Shown: in pieces, positions 16,186 through 26,154 of the stretch
How positions within the stretch are numbered: position 1 is the stretch's first letter
How the letters are laid out: every line of letters starts with the position of its first letter
IMG/VR virus record: IMGVR_UViG_3300048574_000399
Location: 1-40,341 of that record
DNA from: a virus
Taxonomy: Duplodnaviria > Caudoviricetes
Reading direction: 5' to 3' (one strand)
DNA length: 40,341 bases
Notes under the pieces: model-generated
Database searches by the model: none
What the model saw: the letters and a program-made list of their open reading frames with translations, nothing else
Told to the model about the DNA's origin: nothing
Translations under genes and position numbers: made by a program

Positions 16186-18258
16186 ATGCCCGAAGAAATC
16201 GCGGGGACAGCACCGGAGACTGTGCCGGCCGAGGTCATCGCCGCAGCCACGCAGCCTGAGAGCCAACAGGAGGCCGCAGAGTTCCAGGTCGAGCGTTTCA
16301 CGGTGGCGGCGACCTTCGCGCCGCCGTCGGCCAATGACGATGCCCGCACCATTGACGCGGTCTGGTACACGGGCGCCAAGGTGCCGCGGTTCGACTGGCG
16401 CACCGGCGAGGAATACGACCTCATCCTCGACATGAAAGGCTGCCGTCTGGATCGCCTGAATAACGGCGGTCCGGTGTTGGATTCGCATAGCGCCTACGGA
16501 GTGGAAAGCCAACTCGGCGTGGTGCGAAAGGCATGGGCGAAGAAGTCTACCGGCCTGGCCACGATCCAGTTCAGCAAGCGGGACGCCGTGACGCCGATCT
16601 GGAACGACGTCAAGGGCGGCATCATTCAGAACCTCAGCCCCGGCATGTGGATCTACAAGAAAGTCGACACCACGCCGAAGGGCCAGGAGCGCAGGGAGTT
16701 CACGGCGACGGACTGGGAACCGTTCGAGATCTCTCTGGTGTCAGTGGCCGCCGACGCGGCCACCAATTTCATGTCGGCGGCGGGAACGTCACCGGCGCCA
16801 CCGAGTGTAGTTGAGAGTCCACGGGCATCTGCCCACACAGAGGAGAAACCTGACATGGAAACGACCACGCAGGACCCGGGCGTTGAGGCCCGTCAGAATG
16901 AAGCAGCCCTCGCCGCGGCGCGCGACGAGGCGGTGAAGGCGGAGCGGTTGCGCGCGGCCACAATCCGGTCGCTCGCCACCGGCCCGTTCAAAGTGGAGGA
17001 GCGCTTCCTCGTATCGCTGATCGACGAGGGCGTGTCCGTCGAGACCGCTCGCGAGCGCATCATGACGAAGGTCCAGGCGGAGTTCGAGCAGCATCCATCC
17101 AATCCGATCAACCCGCCCGCCACCTTCGGCGGCAAGGACGAGGCGGACAAGCGGCGCGAAGGAATGGAAGCGGCCTTGTTCCTGAGGGGCAACCCGCGCG
17201 CGTCGCGCGAGATGATCGAGAAGGGTCGCGACTTCGCCGGGCTCACCCTGGTGGACATGGCCCGCGAGTGCCTGAATGCCGTCGGCGTGAAGACCCGCGG
17301 AATGGACCGGCACGAGATCGCTCGTGTTGCGCTCCAGGGCCGGAATGGGGCCGCGGAGTACTTCGACGGCACCATGACCACCAGCGACTTTCCCAACATC
17401 CTGGCGAACGTCGCCAACAAAACTCTGCGACAGGCGTATGACGCAGCGCCCCGCACATTCGTGCCATTCTGCCGGCAGGTCACGGCCGCCGACTTCAAGC
17501 CGGTGAACCGCATCCAGTTGAGCGACATCGCCGCGCTACAGAAGACCAACGAAAACGGGGAGTTCGTCCGCATCTATCTCAGCGACTCCAAGGAGTCCTA
17601 CACGCTCACGACCTGGGGCGGCATCGTGCCGATCACCCGGAAGGTGGTGATCAACGACGACCTCCAGGCATTGACCCGGATCCCCGCCGGTTTGGGCATC
17701 GCGGCCGCGACGCTCGAAAGCGACACCGTGTGGGCGGTGATCACGGCGAATGCGAACATGGCCGACGGTGTGCCGCTGTTCCACGCCAGCCACAAGAACC
17801 TGCAGGGCACCAACGCCCTGGCGGCCGTGGCGAACATCACCGCGGCGCGCAAGCTCATGCGCAAGCAGACCGCGCCCAAGGGCACGATCCTGAACCTGAT
17901 TCCCAAATTCCTGATCATCCCGGCGGCGCTCGAAGGCATCGCGGTTCAGATCACCAACCCGATCAACCTGGCGGCCACGGCGTCCTCGGCCGACGTGCCC
18001 GCCTTCGTGCGCGCGATGGTACCGATCGTCGAGCCGCGCCTCGATGCGGTGGCCAGCGTCGGCGACACCAACTGGTACACGGCGGCCGACCCCAGCACCA
18101 TTGACACCATCGAGTACTGCTACCTCGAGGGGCAGCAGGGAGTCTACATCGAAACCCGCCAGGGCTTCGAGGTGGACGGCGTCGAGATCAAGGCTCGCCT
18201 GGATTTCGCGGCCGCTGCGATCGACTATCGCGGCTTGCAGAAGAACACCGCCGCGTAG
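16186..18258 (+). CDS. Prohead protease-scaffold-major capsid fusion protein
   Basis: N-terminal VLDSH, LSPGM, WEPFEISLVSVAAD (HK97-type protease); coiled-coil linker; TTSDFPNILANVANK..INDDL..DYRG capsid domain. Confidence 0.93.
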   Translation: MPEEIAGTAPETVPAEVIAAATQPESQQEAAEFQVERFTVAATFAPPSANDDARTIDAVWYTGAKVPRFDWRTGEEYDLILDMKGCRLDRLNNGGPVLDSHSAYGVESQLGVVRKAWAKKSTGLATIQFSKRDAVTPIWNDVKGGIIQNLSPGMWIYKKVDTTPKGQERREFTATDWEPFEISLVSVAADAATNFMSAAGTSPAPPSVVESPRASAHTEEKPDMETTTQDPGVEARQNEAALAAARDEAVKAERLRAATIRSLATGPFKVEERFLVSLIDEGVSVETARERIMTKVQAEFEQHPSNPINPPATFGGKDEADKRREGMEAALFLRGNPRASREMIEKGRDFAGLTLVDMARECLNAVGVKTRGMDRHEIARVALQGRNGAAEYFDGTMTTSDFPNILANVANKTLRQAYDAAPRTFVPFCRQVTAADFKPVNRIQLSDIAALQKTNENGEFVRIYLSDSKESYTLTTWGGIVPITRKVVINDDLQALTRIPAGLGIAAATLESDTVWAVITANANMADGVPLFHASHKNLQGTNALAAVANITAARKLMRKQTAPKGTILNLIPKFLIIPAALEGIAVQITNPINLAATASSADVPAFVRAMVPIVEPRLDAVASVGDTNWYTAADPSTIDTIEYCYLEGQQGVYIETRQGFEVDGVEIKARLDFAAAAIDYRGLQKNTAA

Positions 18259-18304
18259 GGCGGTTGAACCACCATTCCGAAGCAACGAAAAGGAGAACAG
18301 AACC

Positions 18305-19018
18305 ATGATCAATTACGTAAAGAGCGGCCGCAATCTCACCCTCGTGGCGCCCTACGACGTGCTGTCCGGCGGCGGCTTCAAAGTGGGCAACGTCTTCGGT
18401 GTGGCCGCCAACGACACGCTCTCGGGCAACAACGTCGAGTGCGAGGTCGAGGGCGTCTACGATCTCGCCAAGGACGCGAGCACGTTCGCGCAGGGCGATC
18501 TGGCCTACTGGGACGACTCGGCGAAGAAGGTGACGTCCACGGTCGGCAGCAATCTGCTGATCGGAGCGGTCGAGTTGGCCGCCGCCACGGGTGCCGCCGT
18601 CGTGCGGGTCAACCTGTTCGGCGTGCCCGGCTTCTCCGGGCAGGCGCACGGCCTCAAGGTGGCGTACGCCAAATACGACTTCAGCGTTGATGGCGGCGCC
18701 TCCTGCACTCCGGCGGTCAGCGATACCATCCCGATCAACGCTGTTGTCTTCGGCGGCACCGTGGTTTCGACTACCGCGGTTGCGGCAGCCGGACTGGCCA
18801 CCGTCTCGATCGGCACTGTGGCGGGCTCCGGCGCCGCGAGCATCCTCACGGCTACCGCGAAGGCGTCGCTCGGCACGAACGCCATCGCGGTGCCCACGGC
18901 CGTTGCGACGCCCTTCAAGATGAGCGCGGCTGGAAAGATCAATGTCACGATCGCCACTGGCCCGCTGACTGCAGGCGTCATCGAAGTCTGGGTTTTCTAC
19001 ACCACCGCCGCGGCGTAA
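18305..19018 (+). CDS. DUF2190-family capsid cement/decoration protein with a C-terminal extra domain
   Basis: AAGGAG SD; NYVKSG.NLTLVAP..GVAAND..VEGVYDLAK..GDLAYWD..IG..VRVNL, then about 125 extra aa. Confidence 0.85.
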   Translation: MINYVKSGRNLTLVAPYDVLSGGGFKVGNVFGVAANDTLSGNNVECEVEGVYDLAKDASTFAQGDLAYWDDSAKKVTSTVGSNLLIGAVELAAATGAAVVRVNLFGVPGFSGQAHGLKVAYAKYDFSVDGGASCTPAVSDTIPINAVVFGGTVVSTTAVAAAGLATVSIGTVAGSGAASILTATAKASLGTNAIAVPTAVATPFKMSAAGKINVTIATGPLTAGVIEVWVFYTTAAA

Positions 19019-19021
19019 TCC

Positions 19022-19327
19022 ATGTCGGCGTGGTCGCAACAATCCGGTCTGGCGAACGCGGCTATTCTGGCCGCGTTCGGCCAGCCGGTTTCGTACCAGC
19101 AGGGCGCCGACGCTCCGTTCACGGTCATCGGCATCCTGGACAAGAGGACTGACGAGCAACGCCATCCGGATACCGTGTACGCGCGGCTGTTCGTGGCACT
19201 GTCCGCTTTTGCGGCGCCTCCCGACCACGGTGACGAGGTTACGGTCGACGGTGCGGTCTACACGGTCTTCGAAGTGTTGAACGATCCCGCCGGCGGGTGC
19301 TGGCTTTCCATTCGAGAGAAGATCTGA
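19022..19327 (+). CDS. Head-tail joining protein (gpFII-like)
   Basis: Position; FGQPVSY..GDEVTVDGAVYTV beta-rich pattern. Confidence 0.75.
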   Translation: MSAWSQQSGLANAAILAAFGQPVSYQQGADAPFTVIGILDKRTDEQRHPDTVYARLFVALSAFAAPPDHGDEVTVDGAVYTVFEVLNDPAGGCWLSIREKI

Positions 19328-19776
19328 TGGCTTCGGTGCGGGTGTTCTACAAGAAACAGGTCCGGATCGACCAGATGAACTTCCGCCAGCAGTCGATGTT
19401 CAAGATCGGAACAGTTGGCGTGGCCGCCGTCAAAAACCGCCTGGCGGCGGCGCAGGGTCCGACCGACTCTGCGGCGAAGCCACTGACCAGACGGTATGCG
19501 ATTCAGAAAACAAAACTCGGCAGGGGAAACCGCCGCAACCTGATGTTGACCGGCGACATGCTGCGGAACTTTCAGGTGCGCACGGTTTCCGACAACAAGG
19601 CGAAGGCCAGCAACTCCACGCGGAAGGACCGCATGAAGGCGTGGCTCAATCAGAAGATCGAGCCGTGGGCGGTGTTCTCTCCCAAGAACCGGGTAGCGGT
19701 CGCGGAGTCTGCGCGGCGGGTACTCAGTGAGATGGCCCCAAAACTCATCCTGGAGCGGGCGCTCGGGGGTAAGTGA
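19327..19776 (+). CDS. Neck/tail completion protein
   Basis: TGATG overlap; basic; PLTRRY..NLMLTGDML virion-morphogenesis-like motif. Confidence 0.7.
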   Translation: MASVRVFYKKQVRIDQMNFRQQSMFKIGTVGVAAVKNRLAAAQGPTDSAAKPLTRRYAIQKTKLGRGNRRNLMLTGDMLRNFQVRTVSDNKAKASNSTRKDRMKAWLNQKIEPWAVFSPKNRVAVAESARRVLSEMAPKLILERALGGK

Positions 19777-20249
19777 TGTTTGACGACTCTGTTCTGGTAG
19801 ACAATCTGGTCGCCACGCTGCGCGACATTCCCGATCTGGTCGACGAGATGGGCGGCGATCCGGAGCGAATCTTTGCGTACCACGATCAGTACCCTAAGAA
19901 GGTCAGCCTCGCGCACGCGCTACACCAGATGCCCGCGCCGTCGATCATGGCGGTCTGGCAGGGCACGGGGCCCGGCAACTTTGGCGGGTTCGACGTGTGG
20001 AAGCATCAGGTCACGTTGTTCCTGCGTGCGCGGGAGACGTTTGATGGCGACCCGCCGACGCCGTACTACCGCTTGTTCCGGCTCATCACGAAAGGCGTCC
20101 CGACGCACAGCGGGCAGCAGATGTTGAACCTCCAGGTTCACCCCAACTGCCACCCAATGGATCTGCCGTCGATCCAACGCCAGACCGATGCGGAGGGTCT
20201 GGACTATTTCGAAGTTCCCATTACGTTCACGGAGATTGGCGATGACTGA
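19776..20249 (+). CDS. Putative tail terminator
   Basis: TGATG overlap; size and position just before the tail tube gene. Confidence 0.7.
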   Translation: MFDDSVLVDNLVATLRDIPDLVDEMGGDPERIFAYHDQYPKKVSLAHALHQMPAPSIMAVWQGTGPGNFGGFDVWKHQVTLFLRARETFDGDPPTPYYRLFRLITKGVPTHSGQQMLNLQVHPNCHPMDLPSIQRQTDAEGLDYFEVPITFTEIGDD

Positions 20250-20400
20250 GTTCGTCTACATGCGCGCACCGTGGGGCGGCGCCGAGGTCCGGAAGGTCGA
20301 AGCGAAACCCGAACTGATCGCCCCACTTATGGTCGCGGGCTGGAGCCAGTGCGACCCGCCGGCCAACGACAAGGAGGTGACGACCGATGTCCACGACTAG
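20242..20400 (+). CDS. Small hypothetical protein (52 aa)
   Basis: GGAG SD, overlaps both neighbours, LMVAGW motif. Confidence 0.65.
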   Translation: MTEFVYMRAPWGGAEVRKVEAKPELIAPLMVAGWSQCDPPANDKEVTTDVHD

Positions 20401-21427
20401 ACTCCAGGAGGTCTTGGTCTGCTTCGGGAAGAAGAAGCAGGCCGATATCGCGACGGCGCAGGTAGCCGCCGACATGTGGCGGTTCAGCAAGTTGAACGCT
20501 GCACTCGCGAACCCGAAGCTGGCAACCGAAAACGACGCTGAGGAGTACGGCAAAGGCCACGAGTTCCCGACCGTGACGTACAAGACCGCCTGGGATGTGA
20601 GCGTTGCGCTGGAGAAATACCTCGGCGCGGAGATCGGCACATGGGCCGTCTGCTTCGGTCTGGGCAAGGTCGTCAAGAGCGGAGCGGGACCGTACGTCTA
20701 CACCTGCACGCCGTTGATTCCCTCCGCCGGCGATGCCGCTGAGCTGCCGTACCTCTCCTACGTCGAGCAGATCCGTCCTGGCGGCGGCGTTGTAGTTGAC
20801 CGGCAGGCGGTCGGGATGGCGGTCGAGGGCTTCCAGATCTCCGTTGGCTCCGGCCCCGGCCGCGCAAACAGCAAGATCAGCGTCGAACTGGTCGGGTCCG
20901 GCAAGGTCATCGATTCGGCGACCGGCATCACAATGCCCGCCGCGACCACGGAGAAACTCCTGCCCTCCGCGTCGTTGACTCTCTCGATTAACGGCGTCGA
21001 CTATGTGACCAACAAGAACATCGTCTCCCTGGAGACGGGCTGGAAGAACAACATCCGGATGGATGCGGGCTTCTACCCTGGCTCCGGCTTCCAGACTGCG
21101 GGCGACGGGTCCACGGGCGCGATCCGCGGCAGACTCGAGTTCGGCAACCGTGCCGGCAACCTGAAGTTCGTCGCGCGGTTCATGAACGGATCGGACGAGT
21201 ACACGAAGCTCAAGGCGCAGACCTCGGGCACGGCCGTCGTCACGCTCGCGTACGACACGAACAACTCGCTCCAGTTGACTTGGCAGAAGATCACCTACTC
21301 CGTGGTCGAGATTGCGGAGACGGACCAGATCCTCACCGTTGCGGTCGAGTGCGTGCCGATGTACGACACCACCAACGGCATCCTGACGGCCGTCGGTAAA
21401 ACCACCGCAGACCAGATCTGCCAGTAA
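20387..21427 (+). CDS. Major tail (tube) protein
   Basis: AAGGAGGT SD; beta-rich 346 aa; upstream of chaperone and tape measure. Confidence 0.8.
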   Translation: MSTTRLQEVLVCFGKKKQADIATAQVAADMWRFSKLNAALANPKLATENDAEEYGKGHEFPTVTYKTAWDVSVALEKYLGAEIGTWAVCFGLGKVVKSGAGPYVYTCTPLIPSAGDAAELPYLSYVEQIRPGGGVVVDRQAVGMAVEGFQISVGSGPGRANSKISVELVGSGKVIDSATGITMPAATTEKLLPSASLTLSINGVDYVTNKNIVSLETGWKNNIRMDAGFYPGSGFQTAGDGSTGAIRGRLEFGNRAGNLKFVARFMNGSDEYTKLKAQTSGTAVVTLAYDTNNSLQLTWQKITYSVVEIAETDQILTVAVECVPMYDTTNGILTAVGKTTADQICQ

Positions 21428-21436
21428 AGGACAACC

Positions 21437-22054
21437 ATGGAAACCAACGCTCCTGTTTTCGACGCGGCCCGTCCGGTCGCGATTCAACTCCGTGGTCCGG
21501 ATGGTGTGAAGACCGTCCGGGTTCGGTTCCCATCCGACGACGAGTGGGCCGAACGCCAGCGCCGCCGCAAAGTCATCGTCAAGCAACTCGGGCGCGGAAT
21601 CTCCGAGACGACGATTCCGAACGGCGAAGAGATCGACGCCGCGATGCTGGCGAAGATCCGCACGGAGGAGGCGCCCGAGGTCGACGCCTTCGAGGCGCAG
21701 AAGGTCATCGAGCAGTTGGCCACCTGCGACGTAGACGATGTGGTGCTGGCCGGTGATGCATTCCTGGTCACGCTCCGTGTGCTGGGCGGCACCGTTACGC
21801 ACCTGTTGAAAATGCCGTCCGCCAAGGACGTGAACCAGTACCGGCGCGGCTTCGCCCGCGTGCTGGACCTGCCGTTCAACCGCCAGGAACTCACCATCAA
21901 CATGCGCGCGGCGGCCGATCTCTACAAGAAGCTCGTCGACGCGACCGAAGGGTACGCGGGAGACGCGCCCATCATCCACCAGGCCGTCGCGGTCAAAGCC
22001 GCCATCGATGCTCTCGACGCGTCCTTCCAGGAGGATCGGGAAGCAAATTTCTAG
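21437..22054 (+). CDS. Tail assembly chaperone (gpG-like)
   Basis: Between tail tube and tape measure; ends in slippery A AAT TTC TAG. Confidence 0.8.
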   Translation: METNAPVFDAARPVAIQLRGPDGVKTVRVRFPSDDEWAERQRRRKVIVKQLGRGISETTIPNGEEIDAAMLAKIRTEEAPEVDAFEAQKVIEQLATCDVDDVVLAGDAFLVTLRVLGGTVTHLLKMPSAKDVNQYRRGFARVLDLPFNRQELTINMRAAADLYKKLVDATEGYAGDAPIIHQAVAVKAAIDALDASFQEDREANF

Positions 22055-22081
22055 CTGGGGAGTGGCCGGAGCGGCCCTCCC
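22045..22081 (+). promoter_or_regulatory. Programmed -1 ribosomal frameshift signal
   Basis: X XXY YYZ heptamer AAATTTC 22045-22051, then hairpin GGGAGTGGCC..GGCCCTCCC 22058-22081. Confidence 0.8.
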
Positions 22082-22377
22082 TGCGCTACCTCGTCCACTG
22101 GGCGCTCCGGCGCGACGAGTTGTGCGATCCCGGCCTCTGTCCGGATGCGCCCGATGGCGGCCGCTGCGACCACTGCCCCCAGGACCAACTCGACGCTGCC
22201 CAGACTTCCGAAGTCGGCTTGCTCATCCGGCGCGCTCTGGACCTTCGCGCGGCTCTCAACCTGGGAATCCACATCGGGCTGGACGATATCCGGGCCGACG
22301 AATTCTACGCAATGGTGATCCTGGACGAAGAACGGGACCAGTTGGACCGCGAGCGAACGCACGCGCATGGCAAATAG
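22051..22377 (+). CDS. gpT-like extension of the tail chaperone, read by -1 frameshift
   Basis: The -1 frame is open from the heptamer to 22377 (LAGEWPERPSLRYLVHWALRRDELCDPGLC..CDHC..); no independent SD/ATG. Confidence 0.78.
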   Translation, partial: LAGEWPERPSLRYLVHWALRRDELCDPGLCPDAPDGGRCDHCPQDQLDAAQTSEVGLLIRRALDLRAALNLGIHIGLDDIRADEFYAMVILDEERDQLDRERTHAHGK

Positions 22378-25300
22378 CAACCAGATCGAACTGGTCGTTA
22401 CGGTCGAGGTGGACAAGGCGAACCAGTCCATCAAGTCCGTCAACGCGAATCTGTCGGGCATCGAAGCCGCTGCCACCAAATCCGCGCGTGCCGCTTCGTC
22501 CGGTATCGACGGCATGACGGCTTCGATGGTGAAGGGCGCGACGGCTGGCAATCTGTTCGCGGACGCAATCAAGAAGGCCATCGACTTCGCCAAGGAGTGG
22601 ACCGTCGAGGCGGCGAAGGAAGCGGCGCACGCCGACCGCGCCGTTGCGATTGCGCGCACGCTGGCCAAGGCCCACGGCGACGGGGCGGGTGCTGCGCAGA
22701 AGGCTATCGATGCGATCCGCGAGGTTGGGTACGCCGCCTCCGATGCCACGACCAGCGTGCAGAAGCTCATCATCGCCGACATCGGTCTGGACAAGGCGCA
22801 GAGCCTCGCCAAGATCGCCAAGGACGCCGCCGCTGTGAGCACCGAAGGCGTCAGCGCGGCGGATGCATTCGAGAAGATCATGCTGGCGATCGAGACGGGC
22901 CAGTCTCGCGGCCTCAGGACGCTCAGCCTGTTTCCGGATCTCGCGAAAGCAGAGCAAGTCGCGCGGCTGGAGGCTGAACTCCACGGCAAGACCCTCACCG
23001 ATCTGGAGGTCAAGCAGGTCCGGTACAACGCCATCGTGGAGGCCGCGAAGGAGATCCAGGGGTCCGCTGCTGCTGCGGCGGGCACGTTCGACGGCCAGAT
23101 GGCGAAACTCTCCCGCGACATGAAGGATCTCAGGGAGGACGTGGGCAAGGCGTTCCAGGGGGAGTTGCAGGCGGCTGTCACGATCCTGAAGGGCATGGTC
23201 AAGTTCTTCGGGGACCACACCGACGCCATCGAGAAGTTCGGCAAGGGCGCGCTGGTCCTGGTCGGCATCATCGCGACGATCACGGCGGCGACCAAGGCGT
23301 GGGCGCTCGCGCAGGGGGCGCTGAACCTTGCGATGGCCGTGAACCCGGCATTCCTGTTGGCGGGCGGGATCATCGGAGCGGGCGCGATTATCTACAAAGA
23401 GTACTCCGACATGAAGGAGGGGATGGACGCCCGCTACAAGCAGATGGAGACGGACGCCCTCCGGCGCGACGTCGGATCCGGCAAGGTCAAGATCGACGAC
23501 CTGCGGAAGCGCGGCATGACCGACGACGAGATCCGCGAGTTGATCTCCGGCCGGAAACTGATTCCCGGCGAGGAGTCCCCATGGGGCGACTTGGGCGCGG
23601 GCCTGCCGAAACTCAAGATCGTCGGCGGTGGGCCCGATCCGGAGGCGTTGAAACTCCAGATCGAAATCCAGAAGCGCCAGAGGGAGAACGCGGAGTTCTT
23701 CAGGGATCAGTCGATCGCCGCCAGCGGCGCGGGCAAGACCGGGTACGCGAAGGACGTTGCGGAGATGAACGCGGAGATCTCCCGGCGCACCCACTTCACG
23801 GACGACAAAGGGACGCACACCGTCCCGCTCACCAAGTCGGCGTGGGACTCGATCATCGACGCGATGCAGAAGAAGCTCCAGGCGTTCAAGGACCACTTCG
23901 CCCTGGAGAACAGGAAGGCGCTCGCGGATTACCTCAAGGACGAGGATGAGAAGCACCAGAAGGAGATGGAATTCGAGGCCAAGCGATATCAGGAGCGCCT
24001 GAAGAACGACGTGGATATCGCGGAGAAGAACCTCGACCATCTGCGGGAGGTGTATGCGTTCGAGGAGCAGCGGGCGGGCTTTGAGAGGGACGCGAAGCTC
24101 CGCCAGTTGGACGGCGTGGACGCCGTAACGCTGCAGCAGAAGATCGCGGTCGAGCAACAAAAGGCCGCCATCGAGATCGAGTACCTGCAAAGGGTCCATG
24201 ACGTGAAGCAGATGCTCTACGACATGGACACGCGCCGGATGCTGCTGGAAGAGGAGTTGACGCTCAAGCGACTCGGCTACAAGGCCGACGAGATCAAGGC
24301 GCGGATCGAGGAGTTGACCGGCCAGCGCAAAGAGATCCGCGACCAGGGTGACGAGGCCAACGAAGCCGCGATCCGCGCGGCGCGCGAGAACGCCGCCAAC
24401 CGGACGGCGCAACTGGTGCGGGACCACAACCGGCAGATCTTCGACTCGCTCAAGCAGCAGGCGGGCGGCGTGTTCGACGCGCTCCTGTCCAAGTCGCAGT
24501 CGGTGTGGAAGGCCATCGGCAACTCGCTCAAGACCGCGCTGCTGGCGGCCATCAAGGAGGTCGTTACCTCGCGGGTTGCGGCCACGCTGATGTACATATT
24601 CACCGGCCAGAAGGTTTCTTTCGCGGGCGGCGGTGCGGGGCCTGCCGGTAGCGGCGGGATGCTGAGTGGGCTGGGCGGTCTTCTGGGTATCGGCGCGGTC
24701 CCGGTCTTCGGCGGAACGAGCGGCGGCTGGACGCCCGGGTCGGTTACGCCTCCGGGCGGTATGGCTGCGGTTGGCGGCGGCATGACGCAGCAGCAGGCGG
24801 CCCAGATCATCCTGGGCACTGCGGCGGGCGGCGGCGGCACTGCTGCCGGCGGTGGTGGCGTCTCGTCGAAGGCGGGCGTCGGCATCCTGGCCAATCTCAA
24901 GCAGAGCATCGCCGGTTGGAAGGACATGCTGACCAGACTTGGCAATATCGGCTTCAAGCCCGAACGCTGGAGCATGGATGAGGCCGGGAACATGACCAAG
25001 ATCGCGGACGCCAAAGGCATCGGCGGCATGAAGGGTGGCGCGATGCTGGCCGGCGGCGCGATCCTGGCGATGGACGGACTGCGGCGCGGAGGCAAACTCG
25101 GGGTCGCGGAGACTACGGCGGGCGGCGCGCTTATCGGTGCGAAGTTCGGCGGGCCGTTGGGTGCCTTGATTGGCGGCATCGCCGGATTCGCGGCGGGCAT
25201 GGTCCGTTTGTTCATCAAGGGTGCGGTCGAGAAGGCGCGCCAGAAGATCAAGGACCTGTACGGCGTCGATATCCCGGACAAGGCCCTCCTCCAGCAGATC

Positions 25301-25744
25301 GTGGATACCGCGAAGCAATCGTACGGCGGCAACCTCGACATGGCGATCCGGACTGCGCAGATCCGCGATCTGATCCAGTTGTACGCCATGAGCACCGGCC
25401 AGCAGACAAAGGGGATGCCCGCGCAGGTCCACCCGCTCGACCTCGTGCAGAAGGGCGGGTCGCTCTATCAATCGCCGGGATATTCCAATGGGACCGCGCT
25501 CCCCGGCATGGGCGGTCTGCCCACGCTCGACAGCATTGGCGGAGGTGTGGCCTCCGGCGCCGGGCCGGTGGTGATCCAACTCGACGGTCCCGCGACTACC
25601 AGTCTCCTGCGCGGCGAGGCGGTGAACGCGATAGCGAGCAACCCGCGCGTGGTTGCCGGCGCGTCGTTGAGTGCGGCGCGGTCCAACGCTGGCCGGCGGG
25701 AGCTGACCAGCCTTCAACTGAGTCCCGGCCTGGTGACCTCGTAA
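22367..25744 (+). CDS. Tail tape measure protein
   Basis: 1125 aa, Ala-rich helical, hydrophobic segments, Gly-rich C-terminal part; follows the chaperone. Confidence 0.92.
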   Translation: MANSNQIELVVTVEVDKANQSIKSVNANLSGIEAAATKSARAASSGIDGMTASMVKGATAGNLFADAIKKAIDFAKEWTVEAAKEAAHADRAVAIARTLAKAHGDGAGAAQKAIDAIREVGYAASDATTSVQKLIIADIGLDKAQSLAKIAKDAAAVSTEGVSAADAFEKIMLAIETGQSRGLRTLSLFPDLAKAEQVARLEAELHGKTLTDLEVKQVRYNAIVEAAKEIQGSAAAAAGTFDGQMAKLSRDMKDLREDVGKAFQGELQAAVTILKGMVKFFGDHTDAIEKFGKGALVLVGIIATITAATKAWALAQGALNLAMAVNPAFLLAGGIIGAGAIIYKEYSDMKEGMDARYKQMETDALRRDVGSGKVKIDDLRKRGMTDDEIRELISGRKLIPGEESPWGDLGAGLPKLKIVGGGPDPEALKLQIEIQKRQRENAEFFRDQSIAASGAGKTGYAKDVAEMNAEISRRTHFTDDKGTHTVPLTKSAWDSIIDAMQKKLQAFKDHFALENRKALADYLKDEDEKHQKEMEFEAKRYQERLKNDVDIAEKNLDHLREVYAFEEQRAGFERDAKLRQLDGVDAVTLQQKIAVEQQKAAIEIEYLQRVHDVKQMLYDMDTRRMLLEEELTLKRLGYKADEIKARIEELTGQRKEIRDQGDEANEAAIRAARENAANRTAQLVRDHNRQIFDSLKQQAGGVFDALLSKSQSVWKAIGNSLKTALLAAIKEVVTSRVAATLMYIFTGQKVSFAGGGAGPAGSGGMLSGLGGLLGIGAVPVFGGTSGGWTPGSVTPPGGMAAVGGGMTQQQAAQIILGTAAGGGGTAAGGGGVSSKAGVGILANLKQSIAGWKDMLTRLGNIGFKPERWSMDEAGNMTKIADAKGIGGMKGGAMLAGGAILAMDGLRRGGKLGVAETTAGGALIGAKFGGPLGALIGGIAGFAAGMVRLFIKGAVEKARQKIKDLYGVDIPDKALLQQIVDTAKQSYGGNLDMAIRTAQIRDLIQLYAMSTGQQTKGMPAQVHPLDLVQKGGSLYQSPGYSNGTALPGMGGLPTLDSIGGGVASGAGPVVIQLDGPATTSLLRGEAVNAIASNPRVVAGASLSAARSNAGRRELTSLQLSPGLVTS

Positions 25745-26145
25745 TGCCCGGAAGCGTGGCAAACGCTGCGCCGGCCACGGTGATGCCAAGCAGCCTGTCG
25801 AGCGCGTTCGCTCACACGCGCGAGTACCCGGTGATCGACAACGAGTACCGGAACGGCGAGTCGCAGCGGTCGGTGCAGGCGGCGACCAGCCGCAGGAAGT
25901 GGACGCTCACGAAGCGGTTGACGCCCTCGCAGCTGGCCACGCTGCGGGCATTTTACGATTCTCGGAACGGCACACACGAACCGTTCTACTTTTACGATCC
26001 GTACGAGACGAGCCCGAAGTTCTCGTACGACCCGACCGGCGTGGCGGTGACCGGCAGGTACATCGTCCGGTTCAACACGGACTGGAGCCAGTCCGTAACT
26101 CCTGGCCGGTCGGACGTGCAACTCGAACTGATCGAACTCGCTTAG
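25744..26145 (+). CDS. Distal tail protein (gpM/DUF2460-like)
   Basis: NGESQR..RRKWTL..LRAFYDSRNG..PFYFYDP..VRF; directly after tape measure. Confidence 0.8.
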   Translation: MPGSVANAAPATVMPSSLSSAFAHTREYPVIDNEYRNGESQRSVQAATSRRKWTLTKRLTPSQLATLRAFYDSRNGTHEPFYFYDPYETSPKFSYDPTGVAVTGRYIVRFNTDWSQSVTPGRSDVQLELIELA

Positions 26146-26154
26146 GAGAAGTCC

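Noticed and set aside
22256-25789. 1177-aa minus-strand ORF (and similar ones at 8622-9860, 14524-16113, 20327-21979, 29823-31412, 36639-38093)
   Set aside because: Antisense shadows of GC-rich genes with strong codon bias; no recognisable motifs
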